Positions 38,149 to 48,900 are shown, numbered from the stretch's first letter. The stretch is 64,000 nt of DNA from Candidatus Omnitrophota bacterium (GCA_043812495.1 JBDRMG010000008.1:1516-65515); one strand, 5' to 3'. Numbers and translations: made by a program. The notes: generated by a model not told the origin, from the letters alone.

Positions 38149-39641
38149 TATTAATTAATCCCGGTTATAATCGAGAACAAAAACTTGGCGCTTTTTCCCG
38201 ATATGTCCCTTTAAGTGTTCCTATGGGCATTGGATATCTTGCGGCCTATCTGAAAAAGCACGATTGCAAGGTTCAAATAATCGATGAAGAAGTGACGCCT
38301 TTGTCGGATGCGCTTCTTTGTGAATATACAAAAAACCTCGAACGTCCTTATATTTTCGGTATATCCGCGTTAACGGCAGGAATCGAGCGTGCCTACCGTG
38401 TTGCCGATATCCTCAAAGAAAAGTATCCCGAGTGCAAGGTTCTATTTGGTAATGTGCATCCCACTGTTTTGCCAGAAGAAGTTTTAAGCCATCAAAGTGT
38501 TGATCTTGTTGTTCGAGGGGAAGCCGAAGAGATCTTGACCGAACTATACTATCGAATGAAAAACCATCAGGATTATCAAGATATTAAAGGAATCTCATTT
38601 CGCAAAAATGGCCAAATCGTTCACAATGAACCTTCTCCCTTGCCAGATCTTAAAAAAATTCCTCCATTTCCTTATCATCTATTTGAACAGTTCGCCGGTC
38701 AATATGATTTTGGATTTGTAGCGAGCTCTCGCGGCTGTCCGTTTAACTGTATTTTCTGCTCCCAGCGCAGTATTTCGGGCCGACAGTATCGATTTTTTCC
38801 TGCGGACGTTGTTGTCCATTCCATGGAGGAAATTATCTTGAAATACAAACGTTCCTATATTGGTTTTGTCGATGATTTATTCATTATTAATAAAGCCAGG
38901 GTTTTTGAACTTTGCGAAATGATTCGAAAGAAAGGTCTACACAAAAAAGGAATGTTTGACTGTCAGGCACGAGGGGATTTTGTGGATGAAGAGATTCTGA
39001 CCACTCTTAAAGCGTCGGGCTTTCGAACGCTGCATTTTGGCATTGAGACGGCCTCCGAACGCCTGATGAAACTGATCAACAAAAAAGAAACCGTGGCACA
39101 GGTGGTCGGAGGAATTAAACTGGCCAAGAAAATTGGCCTCAGGGTGTCCGGGACTTTTATTTTGGGTCTTCCTACAGAAACTAGAGAAGAGAGACGGGCC
39201 GCTTATCGATTGGCTAAAGAATTGTCCTTGGATTATGTACGTTTTAATAACGCCACACCTTATCCCGGGACGGAATTGTACAATATTGCCGTTAAGGAAA
39301 ATCGTCTCAATCCTGGCAAGAACTGGGAAAATCTTAATGCTTGCGGAACGCTTGTGGAATCACCTTTTAAGGAAAACCCTTTGGCGTACGTGCCACTCGG
39401 CACATCTGAAAGAGTTTTGCGATGCGATATCTTAAAGTATAATCTGTTTTATTCGTTTCGCTTACAGAGCATTATCAAAATCTTAAGAGAAAGAATTGCC
39501 GCCGGCGCCTGGCTGACGCTTCCGGAAAAATGGTATTTTAAGATTGAAGAATGGATCTATTTAATCAAGTTTGCTTTTCGAATTCTATTCTCATTTGGAA
39601 AGGTTTTTCTGTATAGTATTCTGACTATGTTTGAAAGGTAA
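38145..39641 (+). CDS. Cobalamin-binding radical SAM protein
   Basis: PMGIGYLAA, GNVHPT, GEAE, SRGCPFNCIFC, GIETAS, PYPGT. Confidence 0.92.
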   Translation: MILINPGYNREQKLGAFSRYVPLSVPMGIGYLAAYLKKHDCKVQIIDEEVTPLSDALLCEYTKNLERPYIFGISALTAGIERAYRVADILKEKYPECKVLFGNVHPTVLPEEVLSHQSVDLVVRGEAEEILTELYYRMKNHQDYQDIKGISFRKNGQIVHNEPSPLPDLKKIPPFPYHLFEQFAGQYDFGFVASSRGCPFNCIFCSQRSISGRQYRFFPADVVVHSMEEIILKYKRSYIGFVDDLFIINKARVFELCEMIRKKGLHKKGMFDCQARGDFVDEEILTTLKASGFRTLHFGIETASERLMKLINKKETVAQVVGGIKLAKKIGLRVSGTFILGLPTETREERRAAYRLAKELSLDYVRFNNATPYPGTELYNIAVKENRLNPGKNWENLNACGTLVESPFKENPLAYVPLGTSERVLRCDILKYNLFYSFRLQSIIKILRERIAAGAWLTLPEKWYFKIEEWIYLIKFAFRILFSFGKVFLYSILTMFER

Positions 39642-39645
39642 GAAG

Positions 39646-40170
39646 ATGAGTGTCTTTTTATATGGACTACTGTTGTTTGGTTTGAGTGTTTGTGTGCATT
39701 TTTGTATCTGGAAAATTCACGCGCCAAAAAATCATGCGCGGGCACTCGTTTGGATATTTGTGGGTGTATATTTCATTTCGATACTTCTATTTCTTTGCTG
39801 TCGCGGCACGATGACTCTTTTTGGGGTCGTTTTACCTCAAACAATCCTTAGATATACACAATTTTCTTTTTTGTTTTCTTCTTTGGCTGTTTTTTATGTC
39901 GCCAATTATCCCTCGATCGAAGTAGATAGTCCTTCGATGGTGATGATTCTCGCTATCGCTCAAAAAGGACGTGAGGGACTTGATAAGAAAACTTTTGAAC
40001 AGGACATGAATGATGACATTCTTGTTGTTCCGCGCGTGTATGATCTTCACAAAGGCGGCATGACCTATTTAGAGGACAATCGGTATAAACTCACAACAAG
40101 CGGAAAGTTGATTGCCCGTTTGTTTGTATTTCAGCGGATGCTTTTAGGCAAGAAAGAAAAGGGTGGTTAA
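39646..40170 (+). CDS. Hypothetical membrane protein (3 TM plus small C-terminal soluble domain)
   Basis: Hydrophobic N-half; EVDSPS..R..L..G..YKLT..GK winged-helix-like tail. Confidence 0.7.
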   Translation: MSVFLYGLLLFGLSVCVHFCIWKIHAPKNHARALVWIFVGVYFISILLFLCCRGTMTLFGVVLPQTILRYTQFSFLFSSLAVFYVANYPSIEVDSPSMVMILAIAQKGREGLDKKTFEQDMNDDILVVPRVYDLHKGGMTYLEDNRYKLTTSGKLIARLFVFQRMLLGKKEKGG

Positions 40171-40176
40171 CGGCTC

Positions 40177-40692
40177 ATGGGAATTGTTCGATATATATAC
40201 TCACCTTTCTTCGGCTTGGCTGTGAGCATTATTGTTCAGGTGCTGATCCTCCGCTTCAACAGCCGTTTTAGCCTCTTGAAATCCATGGTGATTGGGTTTT
40301 TTTGTGGGTTTGCCGGTCTTATGATAATCGACATCGGATATAATGTATCCACCGCTTCAAGAGGAGAGCTCTTATTAAACCTGAATCTCTTTATTTATTG
40401 TCTGTGGGCCAATGTTTATTTTCATTTTGTGAATATGGGGGAAACGGCGCGGCGCATAAGAATTTTAAGAGAGCTTTATGAAGCTTCAGGCGGCCTGACT
40501 TTGGATGAGCTTCTTGAACGCTATAATGCCAAGGGGATCATTGAAAAAAGAATCGAACGATTAGTGCACAATGATCAGATTATTTTTAAGGAAGGGAAAT
40601 ATTATATTAAGAATCGATTATTATGGCTGGTCGCAAAGATGATTATTTCAATGAAGTTCATCTTTCTTGGTAAAAGAAGCGAATTTGATTAG
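40177..40692 (+). CDS. Hypothetical membrane protein (3 TM plus small C-terminal soluble domain)
   Basis: YFHFVNMGETARRIRIL.EL..Y....IIEKRIERL; same architecture as the preceding gene. Confidence 0.7.
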   Translation: MGIVRYIYSPFFGLAVSIIVQVLILRFNSRFSLLKSMVIGFFCGFAGLMIIDIGYNVSTASRGELLLNLNLFIYCLWANVYFHFVNMGETARRIRILRELYEASGGLTLDELLERYNAKGIIEKRIERLVHNDQIIFKEGKYYIKNRLLWLVAKMIISMKFIFLGKRSEFD

Positions 40693-40705
40693 GCAATAAA
40701 AGAAA

Positions 40706-40833
40706 TCATTTGTCAGCAATAAATTTCAACCAAATCTGCCGGGTTCTCGGTCCGTCAAACTCCATTCTTCTTCGCTCTCATGTTTTCACATGAGAGCTCC
40801 GAAGCAATTTCAAACTTTAGAGCGAAGCAGAAC
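40706..40833 (-). repeat. Orphan diverged duplicate of the yjbQ 3' end (40706-40765) plus a family B hairpin (40764-40833)
   Basis: 24-bp identity GGTTCTCGGTCCGTCAAACTCCAT at 40742 and 40872; the duplicate reads MEFDGPRTRQIWLKFIADK*. Confidence 0.88.
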
Positions 40834-40838
40834 CTTTT

Positions 40839-41234
40839 TCAATCTGAAATAAATTTTAACCAAACTTCTCTGGTTCTCGGTCCGTCAAACTCCATCAAAA
40901 AGATCCCTTGCCATGTTCCCAACTGCAGATTTCCGTTCTCCACGATAAAAGTCTGAGAAAAACCCATGAGGCTGCCCTTGATATGGGCATCGGCGTTATC
41001 TTCCGCATGATTAAATCCGAAATCTTGCGGCACGGTTTTCTTCAAGAAATAATGGATGTCCCGCTTGACATCGGGATCCGCGTTCTCATTGACCGTTAAG
41101 GCTGCCGTGGTATGAGGAGAGTAGACGACTAAAATCCCTGAGTCGCATTTTTCCTTGCGAAGATAGTCTTTGATGTCAGGTGTTAAGTCAATAATTTGCT
41201 CTCTTTGGGTTGTTGGAACGTTGAACTTATACAT
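40839..41234 (-). CDS. yjbQ: YjbQ/UPF0047-family protein
   Basis: HTTAALTVNENADPDV, NADAHIK, LGTWQGIF..EFDGPR. Confidence 0.95.
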   Translation of the reverse strand: MYKFNVPTTQREQIIDLTPDIKDYLRKEKCDSGILVVYSPHTTAALTVNENADPDVKRDIHYFLKKTVPQDFGFNHAEDNADAHIKGSLMGFSQTFIVENGNLQLGTWQGIFLMEFDGPRTREVWLKFISD

Positions 41235-41409
41235 AAATTAATTATATACCTTTTTGAGTAGTCCAAAAAGTTATTTCATAAACTCACAAAAGGTTTAAGA
41301 TGACTATCGGGCATTGTCGGCAGAGGCATCGAATCCGACAAATTCCAATAAAAATATTCAACTTCATGCAAATTTTATATTCGCATTCATCATTTAGTAG
41401 TATAATTTC

Positions 41410-42639
41410 ATGGAATCGAGTACGATTAACGACATGACTCTTATTTCCAGAAAATGTAATTTTGCGATCCTGTCCGTTGTCCTTGTGATCATTGGCTGCC
41501 TTGGCATTGCTGAGAGCGTGATACGCATTCATAATGCCTTTGAGAAGAAAAGAAGAAAAATTTGGATTCCGGATCCTTTCATCGGTTACGTCCACGCGCC
41601 CAACAATGAATTTGTTTGGGAGAATAAATCTCTTGAAGAATTCTCGGTGCACCATAAAACAAATTCCTTAGGCCTCCTGGGCGATGAGATTTCCATTCAA
41701 AAACCTGCCCATGTTTTCCGTATCATCATGCTTGGTGATTCCTTCACAGAGGCCCTGCAGATTGAAAAAGGTAAGAGTTTTTGTAAAAGACTTGAGAAGC
41801 TGCTGAATGAAAATATGGCACCAGGCACGGAAAGGTTTGAAGTTCTTAATGCGGGTGTTTCGGGTTATTCCCCTATCATGCAATACCAATATTATAAAAG
41901 GAAATTGTCAAGGCTTAATCCAGATCTTGTCATTTTGCAAATGTGGACCAATGATGTTTTTGAGGACTACAAGGTCGCTGCGATGAGCGTCTTAGACAAA
42001 GAGGGCCTTCCCACAAAAATCAATCTATTTTTTAATAAGAAGTATATTAATCATTCCGAATCCGCTATCAAAAATTTAAGATTCATCTCGTTCGTTTACG
42101 ATTTAAACAACTTCCTGATGGATCATAGCCGTTTTTATGAATACATGTATGGTCTTTTTGTCAGGCTGAATAAGAATAGTCCGTATAATAAGAAAATGAC
42201 AAGCCAGGTCGAATATGACGACGGTTATCAGTTTTCCGTTATCATGTCCTCTTGTCTTGGAAATCATACCCAAAGAGCCCTTGCCAATACGGAAAAATAT
42301 ATTTTGGCCTTGAAAAGGATCGTCGAGGAGAACGGAAGCCGTTTTTTTGTTTTTTATATTCCTCACGAGGCACAACTTGCACTCGACCATTACAGTAGCC
42401 ACACAACCAGGTATTTTAGCCAATTGCCGGCCGATACCTGTATCGATGATTTTCTTAAAGAAGAAAGCCAAAAACAAAAATTTGAGTTTTTCGATTTACT
42501 AGACACCTTCGAGACTAATAAACAGAAAAAAATGTTTATCGATTATGACGGCCACTTAAATGAAGTGGGGCACGAAGTGGTTGCGCAGGCGTTGTTTAAT
42601 TTTTACCAGGAGCGTGGAAAGGGTTTAGGCGAGAAATAA
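41410..42639 (+). CDS. Membrane-anchored SGNH/GDSL hydrolase (possible glycan O-acyltransferase/esterase)
   Basis: LGDSFT, NAGVSGY, ND, DGHLNEVGH. Confidence 0.85.
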   Translation: MESSTINDMTLISRKCNFAILSVVLVIIGCLGIAESVIRIHNAFEKKRRKIWIPDPFIGYVHAPNNEFVWENKSLEEFSVHHKTNSLGLLGDEISIQKPAHVFRIIMLGDSFTEALQIEKGKSFCKRLEKLLNENMAPGTERFEVLNAGVSGYSPIMQYQYYKRKLSRLNPDLVILQMWTNDVFEDYKVAAMSVLDKEGLPTKINLFFNKKYINHSESAIKNLRFISFVYDLNNFLMDHSRFYEYMYGLFVRLNKNSPYNKKMTSQVEYDDGYQFSVIMSSCLGNHTQRALANTEKYILALKRIVEENGSRFFVFYIPHEAQLALDHYSSHTTRYFSQLPADTCIDDFLKEESQKQKFEFFDLLDTFETNKQKKMFIDYDGHLNEVGHEVVAQALFNFYQERGKGLGEK

Positions 42640-42674
42640 ACAGACCATAGCATTGTGTCCAAAGGAAAAGCTAC

Positions 42675-42712
42675 AGGCAACTTGAGAGCAACTTGAGTTG
42701 CCTTATTTTTTT
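42675..42712 (+). terminator. Probable terminator
   Basis: AGGCAACTT..GAGTTGCCT followed by a T-rich tract. Confidence 0.55.
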
Positions 42713-42732
42713 GACCCTAGAAAAGATAGTGC

Positions 42733-42762
42733 TTGACATACCCCAAGGGGGTATGCTATACA
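42733..42762 (+). promoter_or_regulatory. Promoter with CsoR/RcnR-type operator
   Basis: TTGACA..TATACA with palindrome CATACCCC-AAG-GGGGTATG (42737-42755) between the hexamers. Confidence 0.85.
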
Positions 42763-42784
42763 AGAAGGGAAGGAGGATTGAGCA

Positions 42785-43072
42785 ATGAAAAAACACAGCT
42801 ACCCGGACCATGCCGCGCAGATTGTCTCTTTGAGGCGCATCGAAGGGCAGATCCGGGGGATTCAGAAAATGATTGAGGACAAACGGTATTGCGTCGATGT
42901 TCTCATCCAGCTTCGTTCTGTCGTTAAAGCCATTGGTAGCGTGAGAGAGAAAATATTACGCCGGCATTTGGAACATTGCGTCAAAGATGCCCTTCAAGGA
43001 AAATCCGAAGCCGAGCGGCAGAAGAAAATTGACGAGGTTATCAACCTGTTAAGCAGACACAACGGAGATTGA
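42785..43072 (+). CDS. csoR: CsoR-family metal-sensing repressor
   Basis: LRRIEGQIRGIQKMI..RYC.DVL.Q..HLEHCV (C-H-C copper ligands). Confidence 0.9.
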   Translation: MKKHSYPDHAAQIVSLRRIEGQIRGIQKMIEDKRYCVDVLIQLRSVVKAIGSVREKILRRHLEHCVKDALQGKSEAERQKKIDEVINLLSRHNGD

Positions 43073-43073
43073 G

Positions 43074-44339
43074 ATGAAGAATAAATTATTGCTTCCTATC
43101 TTTTTATGCATGGGCGTTCTTTTTGTTTCTTCGCTGTCCTTCGCTCAAGGGGAGCAACAAGATATTTTAGGAGGATTTGTTCAAGAAGCGCTGGAACATA
43201 ATCCTCGAATCCAAGCAGCGCTTAATCGCTGGGAAGCTGCTCAGTATGCTATCGGACGTGTCCAAGGCCTTCCTGACCCTGTCGCTAGCTACGGGTATTT
43301 CGGGGAAAACGTTCAAACGAAGACAGGTCCCCAAGAGCAGAAATTCGGTTTTTCTCAAAAGATTCCATTCCCGGGTAAGCTCAATCTCAAAGGAAAAGCT
43401 CAAGGTAAACAAGCGCAAATATTGAAGGAACAATATGAAGGAACCCGGCGCGAAGTGATCAAAGAGGTCAAGCTAACCTTTTATGATCTTTATTGGATTG
43501 ATCAAGCTATCCGGGTAACGGATGAAGAAAAGGGCATCCTCGAAAACCTTGAGAGGGTTTCCCGCCGAAAGTATGAAACCAATCTGGCGAATCAACAAGA
43601 TGTCATTAAAGCCCAGGTCGAATTGTCTAAACTCGTCGATAAATTGTACCTTCTTAAGCAAAATCGGCAAAGTCTTCAAGCAAAAATGAAAAGTCTTCTC
43701 AACCGAACAGAGAATTTATCACTCGAAAATATTTCTCAGATTAAGGAACGGGATTACTCGTATACTCTCGATACATTAATGGCTTGGGCTGAGGAAACTA
43801 GACCGGAATTGTTGAGCGCGAATCTGGCGACGGAAAAAGCCCAATTTGAGAAATCATTGGCCCGCATGGATTACCTTCCCGATTTTACGTTTGGCGTAGA
43901 ATATATCGATATCGGCGGAGGCACAACGGCGCTTGCGGATGATGGCCAAGATGCCTGGATGGGTATGGTTTCCGTAAACATTCCTCTTTGGTTTGGCCGA
44001 TTAAATACGCAGCTCAATGAAAAAAAGGCAGATTTGAGAGCCGCGCAGAATTACGCTGACAACGTTAAGAATAGCGTGACATACGAAGTGCAGGATATTC
44101 ATTTTAAAATCCTCGCTTATCAAGATATCGTCACCTTATATGAAACGACCCTTATCCCTCAGGCCCAACAGGCTTTTGATGGCGCGAAAACAGGATATGA
44201 ACGCGGCCGGATCGATTTCCTGAATTGGCTGGATGCGCAGAGAACACTTTTACAGACGTGGCTTGCCTATTATAAGGCCGTGGCGGACTATCATAAATCG
44301 ATTGCTTTCTTAGAAAGAATCGTGGGTCGGGATTTATAA
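43074..44339 (+). CDS. CusC/TolC-family outer membrane factor
   Basis: Signal peptide; LPDP, SQKIPFPGKL, NIPLW, YERGRIDFL. Confidence 0.9.
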   Translation: MKNKLLLPIFLCMGVLFVSSLSFAQGEQQDILGGFVQEALEHNPRIQAALNRWEAAQYAIGRVQGLPDPVASYGYFGENVQTKTGPQEQKFGFSQKIPFPGKLNLKGKAQGKQAQILKEQYEGTRREVIKEVKLTFYDLYWIDQAIRVTDEEKGILENLERVSRRKYETNLANQQDVIKAQVELSKLVDKLYLLKQNRQSLQAKMKSLLNRTENLSLENISQIKERDYSYTLDTLMAWAEETRPELLSANLATEKAQFEKSLARMDYLPDFTFGVEYIDIGGGTTALADDGQDAWMGMVSVNIPLWFGRLNTQLNEKKADLRAAQNYADNVKNSVTYEVQDIHFKILAYQDIVTLYETTLIPQAQQAFDGAKTGYERGRIDFLNWLDAQRTLLQTWLAYYKAVADYHKSIAFLERIVGRDL

Positions 44340-44393
44340 GTTTTTATTGATTACAATGGATCGGAAGGATAATAAGAGAATTATCATCATTTA

Positions 44394-44559
44394 ATTTGCT
44401 TACTTCCCCTCGTCCGCCATCGATTTTAGCAGTGGACTCGGGGTCAATTCGGCCATGCACTTATGTTTCCGTCAATTCGATAGAATCGAATTGACGAGAC
44501 CTCGCTAAATTTTAGAAAATTAGCGGACATTATCATTCCATAAGTGCAGGCCTCATGGA
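44394..44559 (+). repeat. Family A modular hairpin element, copy 3 (two hairpins in slot 2)
   Basis: ATTTGCTTA..GGTCAATTCGGCCATGCACTTATGTT..CCATAAGTGCAGGCCTCATGGA. Confidence 0.9.
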
Positions 44560-44573
44560 AAGGAGTATGAACC

Positions 44574-45839
44574 ATGAAGACAAAAGTGATTGTTTTGATT
44601 TTGCTTTGCGGACTCATGACGATGGCACTCTATGGAACAAAGGCGACGGCTGAAAATCCCGAAATCAATTACTATACCTGCGGTATGCATCCCAGCGTGA
44701 AGGTATCCCTCGAAGATTATAATAGAGGAAATCAAAGTTGCCCCATTTGCCATATGAATTTGACACCGGTCTATCAAGAAGCGAGGGTCATGCCGTCGAA
44801 AAAAGAACGGAAAGTTCTTTTTTACCGAAATCCGATGAACCCGAGCATCACGTCCAAGGTCCCGGCCAAGGATGAAATGGGCATGGATTATATTCCTGTC
44901 TACGAAGAAGGGGCACAAGAGACATCGACCCCACAAGCTTACATCGAACGTGTTATGGTTAAAGCTGATCAGGCAAAGTTAGCCGGCATTCAAACAGAAC
45001 CCGTAAGAAAATATCATCTTTTCAAAGAAATCCGAACCGTTGGGACCGTGGCCTACGACCCAGAAATGGCGGTGGCACAGGATGAATTTATTTCGGCTGT
45101 AGCGACCCTGGAAAAAATTCGGCAAGGAAAAATTTCCGATATTACCGAGCGGGCCGAAGCCCTGGTGAAATCCTCAGAAAGAAAGTTGCGTCTGCTTGGA
45201 TTAAACCAGTCCCAAATCGATGAATTGGCGCAGACACGAAGCATTCAAGAAAACCTGATTCTTCCAGAGGAAAAAATGTGGGTCTACGCAGAGGTCTATG
45301 AATACGATTTGCCGTGGATCAGCGAAGGAAACAAGATTACGATGACAACGGCTAGTCTACCTGGAGAAGAATTCTACGGCGTTGTGACATCCGTCAATCC
45401 CGTTGTAAATCCGAAAACCCGCTCCGTGACTCTTCGCGCGCAAGTTGATAATCCGGATTTAAAACTTAAACCCGATATGTATGTTGATGTCGTCGTAAAA
45501 AGCATGTACAAGGGGCCGCAAGGCGAAGAGATGATCCTGGCCGTACCCAAAGAAGCTGTTTTAGATACGGGAACAAGAAAGATCGTTTGGGTCGATGACG
45601 GTAATGGAACCTATGAAGGCCGGGAAGTGATCATCGGCCCGGAAGCTATCGCCATGACAGAGAAGAAAGAAATGGAGGCCTATCCCGTTCTGCAAGGTCT
45701 TCAAGAGGGCGATCAGGTTGTCACAAAAGGAAATTTCCTGATTGATTCGCAAAGCCAGATTACGGGAGTGGCGGCTTCGGCTTACAGCGGGGCGTTGGAT
45801 TCACAAAAGGAAAAGATAGCTCCGGCGCATCAACATTGA
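44574..45839 (+). CDS. cusB: CusB-family periplasmic adaptor with heavy-metal-binding domains
   Basis: YTCGMHP..CPICHMNL, YRNPMNP..KDEMGMDYIPVY, LKPDMY, GNFLIDS. Confidence 0.9.
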   Translation: MKTKVIVLILLCGLMTMALYGTKATAENPEINYYTCGMHPSVKVSLEDYNRGNQSCPICHMNLTPVYQEARVMPSKKERKVLFYRNPMNPSITSKVPAKDEMGMDYIPVYEEGAQETSTPQAYIERVMVKADQAKLAGIQTEPVRKYHLFKEIRTVGTVAYDPEMAVAQDEFISAVATLEKIRQGKISDITERAEALVKSSERKLRLLGLNQSQIDELAQTRSIQENLILPEEKMWVYAEVYEYDLPWISEGNKITMTTASLPGEEFYGVVTSVNPVVNPKTRSVTLRAQVDNPDLKLKPDMYVDVVVKSMYKGPQGEEMILAVPKEAVLDTGTRKIVWVDDGNGTYEGREVIIGPEAIAMTEKKEMEAYPVLQGLQEGDQVVTKGNFLIDSQSQITGVAASAYSGALDSQKEKIAPAHQH

Positions 45840-45867
45840 TTAATAAAGAAAAGGAAATATTATAGCT

Positions 45868-45982
45868 GCATTTGCTTAATCCCCGCCCGCCATTGATTCA
45901 GTGGCGGGCGGGGTCAATTCGGCCATGCACTTATGTTCTCCGCCATAATTCGTGGCGGATCCATAAGCGCAGGCCTCATTGA
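45868..45982 (+). repeat. Family A modular hairpin element, copy 4
   Basis: GCATTTGCTTAAT..GGTCAATTCGGCCATGCACTTATGTTC..CCATAAGCGCAGGCCTCATTGA. Confidence 0.9.
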
Positions 45983-45996
45983 GAGAAAGAATCTTC

Positions 45997-48900
45997 ATGA
46001 TTCATAAAATCATCGAAGCGTGTCTAAAAAATAGATTTTTGGTCATCGCCGCCTTTGTCTTTCTTATCCTCTGGGGTTACTCGTCGATGAGAAATACTCC
46101 CGTTGATGCCATCCCTGATATCGGAGAACTCCAGGTGATTGTTTATGCCGACTGGCCGGGACGCAGCCCGCGGGACGTGGAGGACCAGGTGATTTATCCT
46201 CTCACGACGGGTCTGATGGGGACACCCGGCGTGAAGGTTGTGCGCTCCAGTTCAGCATTTGGATTTGGCCTGGTGAATATGATTTTTAACGAAGGCACAG
46301 ACTACTACTGGGCCAGGACAAGAGTTTTGGAAAGGCTGGATTTTGCCAAAAAAGGCTTGCCGGAAAATGCCGCGGTGACGCTCGGTCCCGATGCGACCGC
46401 CTTGGGCCAAATATTCTGGTATACGGTAGAGGGCGAGGGATACGATTTAGACCAACTGCGTTCCATTCAAGATTGGTATGTGCGCTATCAGCTCAACGCG
46501 GTTCAGGGCGTTTCCGAAGTGGCTTCTGTCGGCGGATACGTCAAACAGTACCAAATCGATATCGACCCGAATAAATTACTTGCCTATAACATCAAGATCA
46601 ATGACGTAATCAATGCCGTCCAAAGGTCTAATATTGACGTGGGGGCGAAGGTTTTTGAAGAAGGGGGCATCGAGTTTATCGTCCGCGGTGTCGGTTTTAT
46701 TAAAAAGTTGAAAGATATCGAAGATATTGTTGTCGGTTCGCAAGCCGGAACCCCCGTTTATATCAAAAATATCTCGACCGTAACTATTGGTTCGGATTTT
46801 CGCCGGGGCGCTCTTGACAAAGAAGGCCAGGAAGTGACCGGCGGTGTTGTATTGATGCGTTACGGAGAAAATCCGTTGAAGGTCATTGAGCGCATCAAAA
46901 ACAAGATCGCGGAACTATCCGTCGGATTACCGCCCGGCGTGAAAATCGTTCCCTTTTACGACCGCACTGGATTGATCCTGCGTTCCATTGGCACATTAAA
47001 GACGGCGCTGATTCAGGAAACTCTGATTACGGTTTTTGTTATTGTCGTCTTTCTTTTGCATTTCTGGGGGAGCGTTATCATATCGATTGTTCTTCCCATC
47101 GGCATCTTGATCGCTTTTATCTTCATGAGGCAGTTTGGGGTGGACGCGAATATCATGTCGTTGGGCGGACTCGCGATTGCCATTGGCGTCATGGTCGATT
47201 CAGGATGCATTTTGGTCGAAAATATTTACAGGCGCATCGCCACAAGGCGTCACGAATTAGGCGTTGAGAAGCTTACCCCCGAGGAGCGGCTGGATGTCTG
47301 CATCGATGCGTCTTCGGAAGTGGGTAAGCCAGTTTTGTTTGCCCTTCTGACGACAATCATCGGATTTATTCCTGTTTTTGTTCTGACGGGCCAAGCCGGA
47401 AAACTTTTTAGACCCCTGGCTTTCACGAAGACCTTTGCCATGGTCGCGGCCGCCTTGATTGCCCTTACGCTTTTGCCGACCCTGTCCTATTATCTCCTGC
47501 GGGGAAAATTGAAACTTGTCGAAGACAATAGGACCACCCGGTTTCTTCATGGGGTGTATCGTCCCTTGATCAGCTGGTCTTTAAAAAACAAGAAGCTCGT
47601 TATTTTTTTCTTTGTCGGCATCATTTTTATCGGTTTGTTATGCGGTTTTCTGATGAAGCAGGAATTCATGCCGCCTTTAGATGAAGGCGATCTTCTTTTT
47701 ATGCCGGTTCTTCTTCCGGGGGCTTCCTTGACACAAGTCATGGATGTGATGAGAAAACAGGACATTATTATCAAAGATGAATTTCCTGAAGTCGAATGGG
47801 CCGTGGGCAAGCTTGGGCGCGCCGAAACATCCACGGACCCCGCGCCCGTCGTCATGATCGAAACCATCATTCATCTTAAAGATAAGAAATTCTGGCGTAA
47901 AGGCATGACGCGGGAAAAACTGATTACACAGATTCAGGAAAAGACGCGGATGCCCGGCGTCAGTCCCATCATGACTCAGCCTATCCGCAACCGCATCGAT
48001 ATGTTGGCGACCGGCATACAGACACCGGTGGGCATCAAGGTTTTCGGGCCCGATTTAAATAAAACCGTCGAGATTGCTATTCAAATCGAGAAAATCGTCA
48101 GCCAGGTGGAAGGGGCCGTTAGTCCCTATGCGGAGAGGATATCCAATAGGCCCTATTATGAGATTGAAATCGACCGGGAAAAAGCGGCTCGTTACGGTAT
48201 TAAGGTCGCGGATATTCAACAGGTGATTATGACAGCCATCGGAGGCATGAATTTGACGACGACCGTCGAAGGACGGGAACGATACCCCGTACGCGTCCGT
48301 TATCTTAGAGAATTACGAGACAGTCCCGAAGCCATGGAGAGAATATTTATTCCGACACAAAGCGGAGCCCAGATTCCATTGGCGCAGGTGGCCACGCTCA
48401 AGAAAACGCCCGGGCCTGCGGTGATCAATGCTGAAAATACGCTGACGTATGCCCGCATTTTTATTAATGTGAATCAGGCCAAAGTCGGCTTGATTGATTT
48501 TGTTGAAAACGCCCAAAAAGCGGTCAAGGACAAAATTGATCAAGGGGAGCTGACGCTGCCGTCAGGCTATTTTGTTTCTTGGTCCGGCCAATTCGAATCC
48601 GAAACGGAATCACGGCAAAGGCTGATTCCTTCGCTTTTGATAGCCCTGGCTGTCATTCTTCTTTTATTATATATGGCTTTCAAAAATTTCAGTTCTTTAC
48701 TTATCCTAGCGACAGGGATTCCCACGTCTCTGATGGGTGGCATTATTTTATTGTTCCTGCTGAGATTCAAATTTTCAACAGCTGTTTGGGTAGGTTTTAT
48801 CGCCCTCTTCGGAGTTGCGACCGACAATGCCGTTGTTTTGCTTTCGACGCTGGACGGATTATTTGGAAAGAAGATTCCTCAAAACGTCGAAGAGATACGG

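Noticed and set aside
33048-39641. Specific names (hpnP, bchE, RiPP maturases) for the radical SAM genes
   Set aside because: No hopanoid, chlorophyll or precursor-peptide genes in the window; motifs support only the family level.
40706-40895. Diversity-generating retroelement TR/VR pair
   Set aside because: Differences are not adenine-specific, and no reverse transcriptase is present.
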